Shown piece by piece: positions 10,430 through 19,317 of a DNA stretch of 60,389 nt; the stretch's first letter is position 1, and each line of letters starts with the position of its first letter. This DNA comes from Gemmobacter sp. (GTDB taxonomy: Bacteria; Pseudomonadota; Alphaproteobacteria; Rhodobacterales; Rhodobacteraceae), in the NCBI RefSeq assembly GCF_016792925.1, contig NZ_JAEULU010000278.1:1-60389 (forward strand), in the 5' to 3' direction. The translations under genes and the position numbers were made by a program. The notes under the pieces were generated by a model. The model was given only the letters and a program-made list of their open reading frames with translations. It was not told the DNA's origin and made no database searches.

Positions 10430-11305
10430 TCACAGATGGAAGGAAAAGCGCGGTGCATCGCCGGATCGGTCGATCCGGGTGCGCACGTTGAAGGCCTGGG
10501 CCAGATGGGCCTCGGTCAGCGCGGTCTCGGGCGGGCCATCGGCCAGAATGCGGCCCTCGCGCAGGATCAGCACCCGGTCGGCAAATTCGGCGGCAAGGGT
10601 CAGATCATGCAGCGTGGCGAGGACGGTCAGGCCAAGGCCCTTGAGCAGCGCCAGCAGTTCCAGCTGATGCCGGATGTCCAGGTGGTTGGTCGGCTCGTCC
10701 AGCACGATGATCTTGGGCTGTTGCGCCAGCGCGCGCGCTACCATCACCCGCTGCCGCTCGCCGCCCGAAAGCGTGGCGAAGGGACGGTCGGCCATGGTGC
10801 AAAGATCCATCCGCGCGATGGCCGCCGCCACGATCGCGGCATCGCTGCCGGAGGGCGTTGCCCAGCCCCAGCCCTTGCGATGCGGCAGGCGCCCCAGCGT
10901 GACGATCTGCCGGGCGGTCAGCGCGAAATCGGTGGGCTGTTCCTGCAAGACGGCGGCAAGGCAGCGGGCGGTTTCCATCGCGCCCATCTGCCAGATGTCG
11001 CGCCCCATCAGCCGCACCCGGCCCTGTCGCGGCGCCTGATGGCGATAGATCAGCCGCAAGAGCGAGGATTTGCCCGCACCATTGGCGCCGCAAATCGCCA
11101 TGATCTGCCCCTCGGGCACAGCGAAATCGAGGTCAGAGAGAATATCGCCCTGCCCCTTCGGCCCCCAGCTCACGCCCTCCAGCGCCAGAACCGTGGGCGG
11201 CGCAGGCAGCACGGTGGTAGCAGGCGTCACGGGCGCCACCGCAGCCACCGGCTGCGGCTTGGCAAAGGGCAACACGGCCTGGGGCCGCCGTTTCAAACTG
11301 TCCAT
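10430..11305 (-). CDS. ABC ATPase (BtuD/FecE family)
   Basis: GANGAGKS, LSGGERQR, LDEPTNHLD. Start at ATG 11305 after GGAG; Pro/Ala-rich N-terminal extension. Confidence 0.9.
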   Translation of the reverse strand: MDSLKRRPQAVLPFAKPQPVAAVAPVTPATTVLPAPPTVLALEGVSWGPKGQGDILSDLDFAVPEGQIMAICGANGAGKSSLLRLIYRHQAPRQGRVRLMGRDIWQMGAMETARCLAAVLQEQPTDFALTARQIVTLGRLPHRKGWGWATPSGSDAAIVAAAIARMDLCTMADRPFATLSGGERQRVMVARALAQQPKIIVLDEPTNHLDIRHQLELLALLKGLGLTVLATLHDLTLAAEFADRVLILREGRILADGPPETALTEAHLAQAFNVRTRIDRSGDAPRFSFHL

Positions 11306-11351
11306 CGCATGCTCCATCCGGGGCACCCCGCCCGGGTCGGTTATCGGGGGC

Positions 11352-11548
11352 GATGGCAGGTCTCCTGACTCGCGGGTCTCGGCTTGCCCCGCCTTCCCGC
11401 GCCAGCCGCAAGGGCCGGGCGCAGTGGCAGTGGGGGTCGCTCGCCGCTTACAGTTGCGGGGGCAGTCACGGATTTGGCGGCTTTTGCCTACACCACACCG
11501 TATTCCCTTTTCACCCGTCCGCGCTGTGCTTGGCCGGGAACCATCTTC
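11352..11548 (-). ncRNA. cobalamin (B12-element) riboswitch
   Basis: Minus strand contains AUGGUUCCC..GAAAAGGGAAUACGGUG..AAAUCCG..ACUGCCCCCGCAACUGUA..GCCACUG..GGGAAGGC..GAGUCAGGAGACCUGCCAU (B12 box). Ends approximate. Confidence 0.95.
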
Positions 11549-11726
11549 CTCAAGCCATGCAGGCCCGCGCGCCTTGCGTCAAGCCGCAATCCGACACGGC
11601 GACGCATCCGCCCGACATGGCGCCGTCTGACCCGGCGGGAAATCGCCTTGCGGCAGGCCCGTCGCGCGCCCGCCCGCCAGACGATGCAGCCCCGCTGCGC
11701 CTTGCGGCAGGGGGCTGCCCCGGCGG

Positions 11727-13643
11727 TCAGACGTTCAGCTGCGTTCCCAGCTCCACCACCCGCCCGGCAGGGATGCGGAAATAGTCGGAGGCGGGGGTCG
11801 AGTTGCGGGCCATCACCATGAACAGCCGCGCCATGAAGGTGGGAATCTCGCGCCGCGACGACAGGCGCAGCGAGCGGCGCGACAGGATGAACGAGGTCGC
11901 CATGATGTCGAACTTCCAGCCCAGCTTGCGGCACAGCACAAGGCCCTGCGGCACATCCGGCTCTTCGGCGTAACCCCAGGTCAGGATCACCTGCCGGAAG
12001 CGCGGCGCGATGTCGCGCATCTCCACCCGGTTCTCGGCGCTGACACGCGGCACATCGGCGGTGCGAATGGTCAGCACCACATTCTGTTCATGCAAGACCT
12101 TGAAATGCTTCAGGCTGTGCAGCAGGGCTGCGGGGGCAAACTCCGGGTCGGAGGTCAGATAGACCGCCGTGCCGGGCACCGAGGACAGGGATTTCGACTC
12201 CAGCTGCGGCAGCAGGGTCTCCAGCCGGATCTCGCCCTGCGCCTCCTTGCTGACCACAAGGCCGCTGCCCTTGATCCAGCTGACCATCAACAGGATCACC
12301 ACCGCCGCAATCGCCAGCGGCAGCCAGCCGCCATCGGCCAGTTTCAGCAGATTGGCCCCGAAAAACGTCACATCCAGCGCGAAGAAGGGCAGCAACAAGG
12401 CCACGGCTGCGGGCGCAGGCAGGCCCCAGGTCTTGTGCGCCACGATCATGGCCAGCGTCGCGGTGACCACCATCGTGCCGGTCACCGCGATGCCATAGGC
12501 AGCGGCCAGCGCCGAGGAATTGCCAAAGGCCATCACCAGCGCAATCACCGCCAGCAGCAGAAAGCTGTTCACGGCGGGCATGTAGATCTGGCCTTCCTGC
12601 GCGTCCGAGGTGTGGCGGATGCGCATGCGCGGCAACAGCCGCAGCTGGATCGCCTGCCGGGTCAGCGAATAGGCCCCCGAGATCACCGCCTGACTGGCGA
12701 TGATGGTGGCGGCGGTGGCCAGGATCACCACCGGCAGCAGCAGCGTTTCGGGGAACAGGCGGAAGAAGGGGTTCTCCATCGCCGAGGCGTCTTTCATCAC
12801 CAGTGCGCCCTGCCCGAAGTAATTCAGCAGCAGCGCCGGAAAGGCGACGAAAATCCAGGCCAGCTGGATCGGCTTGCGCCCGAAATGCCCCATATCGGCA
12901 TAAAGCGCCTCGGCGCCGGTCACCGCCAGAAATACCGCCCCCAGCACGATCAGCCCCAAAAGCCCGTTGCCGGTCAGAAACCACAGGGCATGCAGCGGGT
13001 TCAGCGCGGCCAGAACCTCGGGCGCATCGGCGATATGGGCCACTCCCCCCGCCGCCATGACCAGAAACCACAGCAGGGTGATCGGGCCAAAGAACCGCGC
13101 CACCGCTGCCGTGCCGCGGAATTGCACCAGAAACAGGCCGGTGATGATCCCGATGGAAATGGGCAGGATGAAAGGGGTGAAGGTGGTGGTCACGAGGCTT
13201 AGCCCCTCGACCGCCGAGAGAACCGAAATGGCGGGCGTGATCGCGGCATCCCCGAAGAACAGCGCCGCCCCGATCAGCCCCATGGCCAGCACCACGCCGC
13301 GCCGCTTGCCCAGGCCGCGCTCGGCCAGCGCCAGCAGCGACAACGTGCCGCCCTCGCCCTGATTGTCGGCGCGGGTCAGGATCAGGATATATTTCACCGT
13401 CACGATCAGCATCAGCGACCAGGTGATCAGCGACAGCACGCCCAGCACATCCTGCGCCTGCACCCCGCCATGCGAGGCCCCCGCCGCGTGCATCGCTTCG
13501 CGGAAGGCATAAAGCGGCGAGGTTCCGATATCGCCATATACCACCCCGATCGCCGCAAGCGACAGTGGCAGCAGCCCCGGGCCGGGGGGCGCATGGTCCT
13601 GCATCCTGGGGAGGGTTTCGGGCGTCACGCCGGCATCTGACAT
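11727..13643 (-). CDS. kup: KUP/HAK/KT potassium transporter
   Basis: GVVYGDIGTSPLY, ADNQGEGG, TPAISVLSAVEG, GAEALYADMGHF, GQIYMP, VVELGTQ. Start moved to ATG 13643. Confidence 0.96.
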   Translation of the reverse strand: MSDAGVTPETLPRMQDHAPPGPGLLPLSLAAIGVVYGDIGTSPLYAFREAMHAAGASHGGVQAQDVLGVLSLITWSLMLIVTVKYILILTRADNQGEGGTLSLLALAERGLGKRRGVVLAMGLIGAALFFGDAAITPAISVLSAVEGLSLVTTTFTPFILPISIGIITGLFLVQFRGTAAVARFFGPITLLWFLVMAAGGVAHIADAPEVLAALNPLHALWFLTGNGLLGLIVLGAVFLAVTGAEALYADMGHFGRKPIQLAWIFVAFPALLLNYFGQGALVMKDASAMENPFFRLFPETLLLPVVILATAATIIASQAVISGAYSLTRQAIQLRLLPRMRIRHTSDAQEGQIYMPAVNSFLLLAVIALVMAFGNSSALAAAYGIAVTGTMVVTATLAMIVAHKTWGLPAPAAVALLLPFFALDVTFFGANLLKLADGGWLPLAIAAVVILLMVSWIKGSGLVVSKEAQGEIRLETLLPQLESKSLSSVPGTAVYLTSDPEFAPAALLHSLKHFKVLHEQNVVLTIRTADVPRVSAENRVEMRDIAPRFRQVILTWGYAEEPDVPQGLVLCRKLGWKFDIMATSFILSRRSLRLSSRREIPTFMARLFMVMARNSTPASDYFRIPAGRVVELGTQLNV

Positions 13644-13734
13644 GGCAGTCTCATCAGTGGCACCATCCTGGCGATGGCAGGACTGGAGGTGCCCCGATCC
13701 CCCGTAAGGATGCGACAGGGAATCGCCATCCCCG

Positions 13735-13751
13735 CATAAGGAAGGCATAAA
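13735..13751 (-). promoter_or_regulatory. putative KdpE-type direct-repeat binding site upstream of kup
   Basis: Minus strand TTTATG-CCTTC-CTTATG, 11-bp periodicity, resembling the E. coli KdpE site TTTATA-N5-TTTACA; about 90 nt upstream of kup. Confidence 0.45.
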
Positions 13752-13752
13752 G

Positions 13753-15318
13753 ATGATGGACAGCGCCGGGTCCGGCAGCGCAGGAAGGCCAGAAAGCGGC
13801 AGGAGACCAAAGCAGGGGGACGGCGCGGGAATGGCAGCGGAAGGGCACAAGACACGGCCATTGGCGCCGCCGGTCCTGTTGCGCGGGCCAACCCTGTCCG
13901 GGGGGCTGATCGCCGGGGTGCTGGTGGGGCTGGCGGCGCTGGTGGTCTGGTGGCTTCAGGCCCTGCTGCCCGACACCACGCCGCCGCTGATCTTTCTGAT
14001 CGCCGTGCTGGTCTCGGCCGCGCGCTCGGGCTTCTGGACCGGGCTGGCCACGGCGGCGGCGGCCTTTCTGGTGATGAATTTCCTGTTCACCGAGCCGGTC
14101 TTCACCCTGCATGTGGCGCAACCGCATGATATTGTGACACTGGCGGTCTTTCTGGCGGTGGCGGGGCTGGTCGGCTCGCTGGCGGGGCGGCTGCGCGACA
14201 GGGCCGAGGCGGCCCGCGCCCAGGCGGAAACGCTGGCCGTGCTGGCCGGGGCGGCGGCCCAACTGGCCGAGGCCGACAGCCGCGCCGATCTGCTGGCGCG
14301 GGCGGTGCGCGCCCTGGCCGATCTGGCGCAGGGTCAGGCCGTGCTGGTCGATCTGCCGCATCTGCCGCATGTGCTGGCGGCCCATCCGCCGCTGACCGAG
14401 CTTTCGGCTGCCGATGCCCAGGGCGCCGAGCGCTGCCTTCGCTCGGGGCGGGCGCAACCGGCAGCGGCCGAGGGCTGGCCCGGCGCGTCGCAGGATTATC
14501 TGATCGTGCCGCAAGGCGGGGCGGCGCTGGCCTTTGGCCATGCCCGGCTGATGGGCCACGACACCGCGCAACGCGCCATTGCGATAGCAACTCTGGCCGA
14601 GCAGGTGGCGCTGGCGCTGCGGCGGCTGGAGGCCAGCACGCAGGAGGCCCTGGCCCGGCAGGAGGCCGAACGCGAGGCCACGCGCGCGGCGCTGCTCACC
14701 TCGCTCAGCCATGATCTGCGCACGCCGCTTGCCACCATCCTGGGCGCCGCCACCACCCTGAACGAGCTGCATGACGGCTTGCCACCCGCCGCGCGGACCG
14801 ATCTGCTGGCCGCCATCGCCGAGGAGGCCGACCGGCTGAACAGCCATGTCACCAACCTGTTGCAGATGACCCGCCTGTCGCGCGAGATCGTCTTGCGGCG
14901 GGATTGGGTCGACCTGAACGATATTGCCAGCGCGGCGCTGACCCGGGCGCGCCGCGCCCATCCGGCAGTGCCCTGCCTGACCAACCTTGCCGATCTGCCG
15001 ATGGTGCGGGCCGAGGCCGGTTTGCTGGAACAGGCGGTGTTCAACCTGATCGAGAATGCGATGAAACATGGCTTGCCGCCCGTCCGCATGACCAGCCGCC
15101 AAAGCGGGCAGACTCTCACCCTCACCATCGGCGATGCCGGGCCCGGCCCTTCCGCGCAGGTGCGGGACTGGCTGAAGGCCGCCCCGATGTGGCCGATGCC
15201 CGAACAGCGCGGGCTGGGCCTTGCCGTCGCCAAGGGGATTGCGCGGGTGCATGACGGGCAGTTGCACTGGGCCGAGGGCGCCTTCTGCCTGTCGCTGCCT
15301 GCGGGGGAGCGGCCATGA
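13753..15318 (+). CDS. kdpD: KdpD-like sensor histidine kinase lacking the N-terminal KdpD/USP domains
   Basis: 4-TM DUF4118-type segment (NFLFTEPVFTL), GAF-like linker, H-box SLSHDLRTPL, N-box NLIENAMKH, DAGPG, GLGLA. The start may be ATG 13831. Confidence 0.8.
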   Translation: MMDSAGSGSAGRPESGRRPKQGDGAGMAAEGHKTRPLAPPVLLRGPTLSGGLIAGVLVGLAALVVWWLQALLPDTTPPLIFLIAVLVSAARSGFWTGLATAAAAFLVMNFLFTEPVFTLHVAQPHDIVTLAVFLAVAGLVGSLAGRLRDRAEAARAQAETLAVLAGAAAQLAEADSRADLLARAVRALADLAQGQAVLVDLPHLPHVLAAHPPLTELSAADAQGAERCLRSGRAQPAAAEGWPGASQDYLIVPQGGAALAFGHARLMGHDTAQRAIAIATLAEQVALALRRLEASTQEALARQEAEREATRAALLTSLSHDLRTPLATILGAATTLNELHDGLPPAARTDLLAAIAEEADRLNSHVTNLLQMTRLSREIVLRRDWVDLNDIASAALTRARRAHPAVPCLTNLADLPMVRAEAGLLEQAVFNLIENAMKHGLPPVRMTSRQSGQTLTLTIGDAGPGPSAQVRDWLKAAPMWPMPEQRGLGLAVAKGIARVHDGQLHWAEGAFCLSLPAGERP

Positions 15319-16016
15319 GCGGCGGCCCGCGCATCCTGATCGTGGATGACGAGGCGCAGATCCAGCGCTTTCTGGTGCATGCCCTGACCGCCACCGGCTA
15401 TGAAACCGAAACGGCAGGCAGCGCCGCCGAAGCCCGTGCCAGCCTTGCGCGCGGGCAGCCGGATCTGGTGATCCTCGACATCGGCCTGCCCGATGCCGAT
15501 GGCAAGACGGTGATCGAAGCCCTGCGCGCGCGCTCGGATGTGCCGATCATCGTGCTGTCGGCCCGCGATCAGGAGATGGAGAAAATTCTGGCGCTTGATC
15601 TGGGCGCCGATGATTTCGTGGCCAAGCCCTTTGCCATCGGCGAGCTGCTGGCGCGGATCCGGGTCTGCCTGCGCCCGCGCCGCGACGAGGCGCCGCTGAC
15701 CCGCATCGGCTTTGGCCCGCTGGAGATCGACCTGGCGGCCCATCGGGTGCGGCGCGGGGCCGAGGTGATCCACCTGACGCCCAAGGAATTCGAGCTGCTG
15801 CGCGCCTTTGCCGAGGCCCCCGGCCGCGTGCTGACCCATCGCCAGCTTCTGACCCGGATCTGGGGCCCCGCCCATGCCGAGGATGTGCCCTATCTGCGCG
15901 TCTTCATCGGGCAGCTTCGGCAAAAGATCGAGGCCGACCCGGGCCATCCCCGGCTGATCCAGACCGAGCCCGGCATCGGCTATCGTGGCATGGCGGCGCT
16001 CGACGGGCGCGCCTGA
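15315..16016 (+). CDS. kdpE: KdpE-like OmpR-family response regulator
   Basis: ILDIGLPD, ALDLGADD, HLTPKEF, RVLTHRQLL, YLRVFIGQLRQKIE, TEPGIGY; ATGA overlap with the kinase. Confidence 0.88.
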   Translation: MSGGPRILIVDDEAQIQRFLVHALTATGYETETAGSAAEARASLARGQPDLVILDIGLPDADGKTVIEALRARSDVPIIVLSARDQEMEKILALDLGADDFVAKPFAIGELLARIRVCLRPRRDEAPLTRIGFGPLEIDLAAHRVRRGAEVIHLTPKEFELLRAFAEAPGRVLTHRQLLTRIWGPAHAEDVPYLRVFIGQLRQKIEADPGHPRLIQTEPGIGYRGMAALDGRA

Positions 16017-16031
16017 CGCCGCCGGCCGGGC

Positions 16032-16856
16032 TCAGCCCCCGAGGGCTGCAAGGAAGGCGTCGAATTCGGCATCCTTGATCGGCACGCTATGTTCCGCCGC
16101 CGGATAGCCGCCCTGATCCACATCGGCCTTGAAGGCGGCAAAGGCCGCGATCCGCGCCTCTTGCAGGGCCTTCATCTGCGGCGCCAGTTCGGCGTAAACC
16201 TTGCCATGGCGCGGCTTGTGGTTCAGGCCATAGCCGCAGACATCCTCGGTGAACAGATATTGCGCATCGGCATGTTTGCCCGCGCCCATGCCCAGCATGA
16301 CCACCGAGGAATTCTGCGACAGATAGGCCGCGACCCGGTCGGGCACCACCTCCAGCTCGGCGGCGAAAACCCCGATTTCCTCCAGCTTGCGGGCATGGCG
16401 CCACAGTTTTTGCGCCTCATCCGCCGTCTTGCCCACGGCGCGCCAGCCGGTCCAGCTGATATAGGAGGGGATCAGGCCGATATGGCCGACCACCGGGATA
16501 TGGTTGTCGCACAGCACCTTCTGGATGTCATAGGAGGCGGCGCAGTAATAGGCGTCTCCGCCCAGCGAGGCATAGTGAAAGGCCGCGCGCAGGTAATCCT
16601 CGGCGGTGGCAAGGGGGCGACCGTTGAAGCTGCCCCAGCCGCCATAGGGCAGGCCCACCTGCACAAAGCAATCGCCCGCCGCCTCGCGCATGGCGGCATC
16701 GAAAAAGCGCCCCTCGATGGAGAGCATATGAATGCCAGCCGCCGCTGCGGCTGCGGCCTCGTCATGGGTCTGGACATAAAGCATCGAGATTTTCTGCCCG
16801 CGCGCCTTCATGGCGCGGATGTCCTGGACGTGGGGTCGGTTGTGATACATGCTCAT
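16032..16856 (-). CDS. divergent PanB-family (hydroxymethyltransferase-fold) protein, probably not a pantothenate enzyme
   Basis: Keeps IPVVGHIGLIP, ELEVVP, GMGAG, DAQYL and YP..EHS. Lacks the LVGDS, ADLPF and VKIEG Mg/2-oxo-acid motifs. Start moved to ATG 16856. Confidence 0.8.
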   Translation of the reverse strand: MSMYHNRPHVQDIRAMKARGQKISMLYVQTHDEAAAAAAAGIHMLSIEGRFFDAAMREAAGDCFVQVGLPYGGWGSFNGRPLATAEDYLRAAFHYASLGGDAYYCAASYDIQKVLCDNHIPVVGHIGLIPSYISWTGWRAVGKTADEAQKLWRHARKLEEIGVFAAELEVVPDRVAAYLSQNSSVVMLGMGAGKHADAQYLFTEDVCGYGLNHKPRHGKVYAELAPQMKALQEARIAAFAAFKADVDQGGYPAAEHSVPIKDAEFDAFLAALGG

Positions 16857-16898
16857 GTGGGTCTCTTGAATGGGGGCCAAAGGGCGGGTGGCGCGAGG

Positions 16899-17204
16899 TT
16901 AAAGCTCGATCATCACGCGGCCCGCATCGACCTTGCAGGGATAGGTGCGCAGGTTGTTGCAGGCGGGGGGCGTCTCCACCTCGCCGGTTTCCAGATTGAA
17001 GATCGAGGAATGTTTCGGACATTCCACCGTGTTCTCGATCACCAGCCCGTCACAGAGATGCACATCCTCATGGGTGCAAAGCCCGTCAGTGGCGAAATAG
17101 CGGTCTTCGTGATTGCGATAGATGGCGAAGGTGCGGCCGTCATGGTCAAAGCGGCGCGCCTCTTCGGGGTCCAGCGTGGCGGGGCCGGTGTCGATCCAGG
17201 GCAT
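16899..17204 (-). CDS. mocE: Rieske [2Fe-2S] ferredoxin, MocE-like
   Basis: DGLCTHE and VECPKH Rieske ligands; 101 aa; context of inositol-type genes. Confidence 0.85.
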   Translation of the reverse strand: MPWIDTGPATLDPEEARRFDHDGRTFAIYRNHEDRYFATDGLCTHEDVHLCDGLVIENTVECPKHSSIFNLETGEVETPPACNNLRTYPCKVDAGRVMIEL

Positions 17205-17211
17205 GTGGTCC

Positions 17212-18171
17212 TCAGATGGCTTGGGGTTGGTAATCGGCGGGGGCTTGTGGCATCACGCCTTTCAGCAGCGCCACGGATTTTTCGAGGCCTTCGAGACCGT
17301 TCAGCAGCACGTCCTCATGCTCGATCGACAGCCAGCCGTCATAACCGGCCATCTTGAGCCGGTAGCAGAACTGCCGCCACCATTCCTCGCCATGGCCGAA
17401 ACCGAGGGTGATGTAAGACCAGGAGCGCGCCGGAATATCCATCAGGCTGCCGGTTTCCAGCAGACCCGTGGTGGCCTGTTTCGGGGCATTGAGGAAGGTA
17501 TCCTTGGCGTGAACGTGATAGAGCGCGGCGCCAAGCGCCTCGGCGGCGATCAGCGGGTCGGCACCCATCCAGAACAGGTGCGAGGGGTCGAGGTTCGCCC
17601 CCACCACCGGCCCCACCGCCGCGCGCAGTTTCAGAAGCGACGGCACGTTGTAGACGGCCTGATTGCCATGCAGCTCCAGCGCGATCTTCTCCACCCCGTT
17701 CTCGCGGGCCAGCGCCACGATCTCGGTCCAGAAGGGGATCAGCCTTTCCTCCCATTGATAACGCAGGATGGCCTGCGTCTCGGGTGGCCAGCTGGAGACG
17801 ACCCAGTTCGGCATCGTGTCCGTCGGGCTGCCCGCAGGCAGGCCCGACATTGTGCAGACGGTCTTGACCCCCATCAGCCCGGCCAGCCGGATCGTGTCGC
17901 GCAGGCCCTGACCCTGCGCCGGGTCGGTCGGGTGCAGCGGATTGCCATTGGCATTCAGCGCGATGATCTCCAGCCCGCGCGCGGCAAAGGCAGCGGCAAA
18001 GCGGGCGCGCGCCTCGGGCGAGGCCAGCAGGCCCTGTAGGTCGCAATGCGGCGCGGTGGACCAGCCGCAGGTATTGACCTCGACCCCCTGCACGCCCAGC
18101 CGGGCGGCATGATCCAGCAGGGTCAGGAAAGGCAGATTGCCCAGCGAGTCGGACACAAACCCAAGTTTCAT
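17212..18171 (-). CDS. xylose-isomerase-like TIM-barrel sugar isomerase/epimerase/dehydratase (AP endonuclease 2 family)
   Basis: Metal ligands in ALELHG, NLDPSH, HVHAKD and SIEHED. Start ATG 18171 overlaps the upstream stop. Confidence 0.85.
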   Translation of the reverse strand: MKLGFVSDSLGNLPFLTLLDHAARLGVQGVEVNTCGWSTAPHCDLQGLLASPEARARFAAAFAARGLEIIALNANGNPLHPTDPAQGQGLRDTIRLAGLMGVKTVCTMSGLPAGSPTDTMPNWVVSSWPPETQAILRYQWEERLIPFWTEIVALARENGVEKIALELHGNQAVYNVPSLLKLRAAVGPVVGANLDPSHLFWMGADPLIAAEALGAALYHVHAKDTFLNAPKQATTGLLETGSLMDIPARSWSYITLGFGHGEEWWRQFCYRLKMAGYDGWLSIEHEDVLLNGLEGLEKSVALLKGVMPQAPADYQPQAI

Positions 18172-19172
18172 GCGTAAAGCTCCGGTTTGGCGATCATCTG
18201 AACTGGCTGGCGCTGGCCGGTGGCCAAGGCCTTTGCGCCCGCCTCGGCCACGATGGCCGCCGCATAGCCATCCCAAGCCGAGGAGGCCTGGGCCGGAAAG
18301 ACGCCCGTGGTCACAAAGCACAGGAAGGCACGGTTCTGGCGGATATAGGCCTCGCGGTAGCGGCCCCGCCAATCGGCCTCATAGGCCGCATGGCTGCCAA
18401 GGGCGGCATCGCTGCGGGTATAGGCCACATGGGTCATGGCGATGGAGCCCGCCTCGCCCACCAGTTCGGCGCGCACGTCATAGCCATAGGCGGCGTTGTT
18501 GTTGATCTCGATATTCACCAGCTGGTGCTGATCGGTTTCCACCACCATCATCACCGGCGCCACACGCGCATCGCTGCGCCGGGGCTGGAAGGCCGAAATG
18601 GCGGTATAGTCACAGCCCAGCACATGCCGGACCACATCAAACTCATGCGGCGCCGAATTGGTGATCGCCATGGCGCCGGTGAAATCAGCCGCCGGAGTTT
18701 CCACATTGCGGTGAAAATTATGCATCATCAGCGCGCGGCCCAGCCGGCCCTGATCCAGCGCCGCCTTCATCTCGACATAGGCCTGATCGAAGCGGCGCAT
18801 GAAGCCCAGCATGACATGGCGCCCGGCGGCGGCCTCGGCCCGCATCACCGCCAGACATTCGGCGGGCGATTGTGACAGCGGCTTTTCGCACATCACCTTC
18901 TTGCCCGCCGCGATACAGGCCATCGACAGCGGCGCATGGGTGACATCGGGCGAGGCCACGATGACCGCATCAATATCGGCGCGCGCGATCACCGCCTCGG
19001 GGTCCGAGGCGACCTCGGCCCCATAAGGCGCCGCGACCGTGGCGGCGCGGGTGGTGTCGCGGTCGCAAATGGCGGCCAGGGTCGCCCCCGGCAGGTCTTC
19101 GGCCACGATCCTGGCATGGTCGGCCCCCATGAGGCCCGCACCAATCACGGCAACGCGGATGGTCATGTTCAT
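18168..19172 (-). CDS. Gfo/Idh/MocA-family NAD(P) dehydrogenase (inositol-dehydrogenase-like)
   Basis: VIGAGLMG, CEKP, GFMRRFD, NSAPHEFD, YGYDVR. Start at ATG 19172 or 19166. Confidence 0.88.
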   Translation of the reverse strand: MNMTIRVAVIGAGLMGADHARIVAEDLPGATLAAICDRDTTRAATVAAPYGAEVASDPEAVIARADIDAVIVASPDVTHAPLSMACIAAGKKVMCEKPLSQSPAECLAVMRAEAAAGRHVMLGFMRRFDQAYVEMKAALDQGRLGRALMMHNFHRNVETPAADFTGAMAITNSAPHEFDVVRHVLGCDYTAISAFQPRRSDARVAPVMMVVETDQHQLVNIEINNNAAYGYDVRAELVGEAGSIAMTHVAYTRSDAALGSHAAYEADWRGRYREAYIRQNRAFLCFVTTGVFPAQASSAWDGYAAAIVAEAGAKALATGQRQPVQMIAKPELYA

Positions 19173-19317
19173 GTCTTTCCTGTGAGAGGCGCCCTGGCCG
19201 GAGCAAAACCGGCCAGGGCCTTGGCACCTTGCGCAACAGGGAGAGCCGCAAGGATTGGGGAGGAGATTGGAGTGTGCCTCCCCGGGGGTGGGTCGGCCCG
19301 CCGGAGCGGGCCAGAGA

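Noticed and set aside
16032-16856. Genuine panB for pantothenate synthesis
   Set aside because: The Mg/substrate-binding motifs are missing, there is no panC, and it sits in a catabolic operon.
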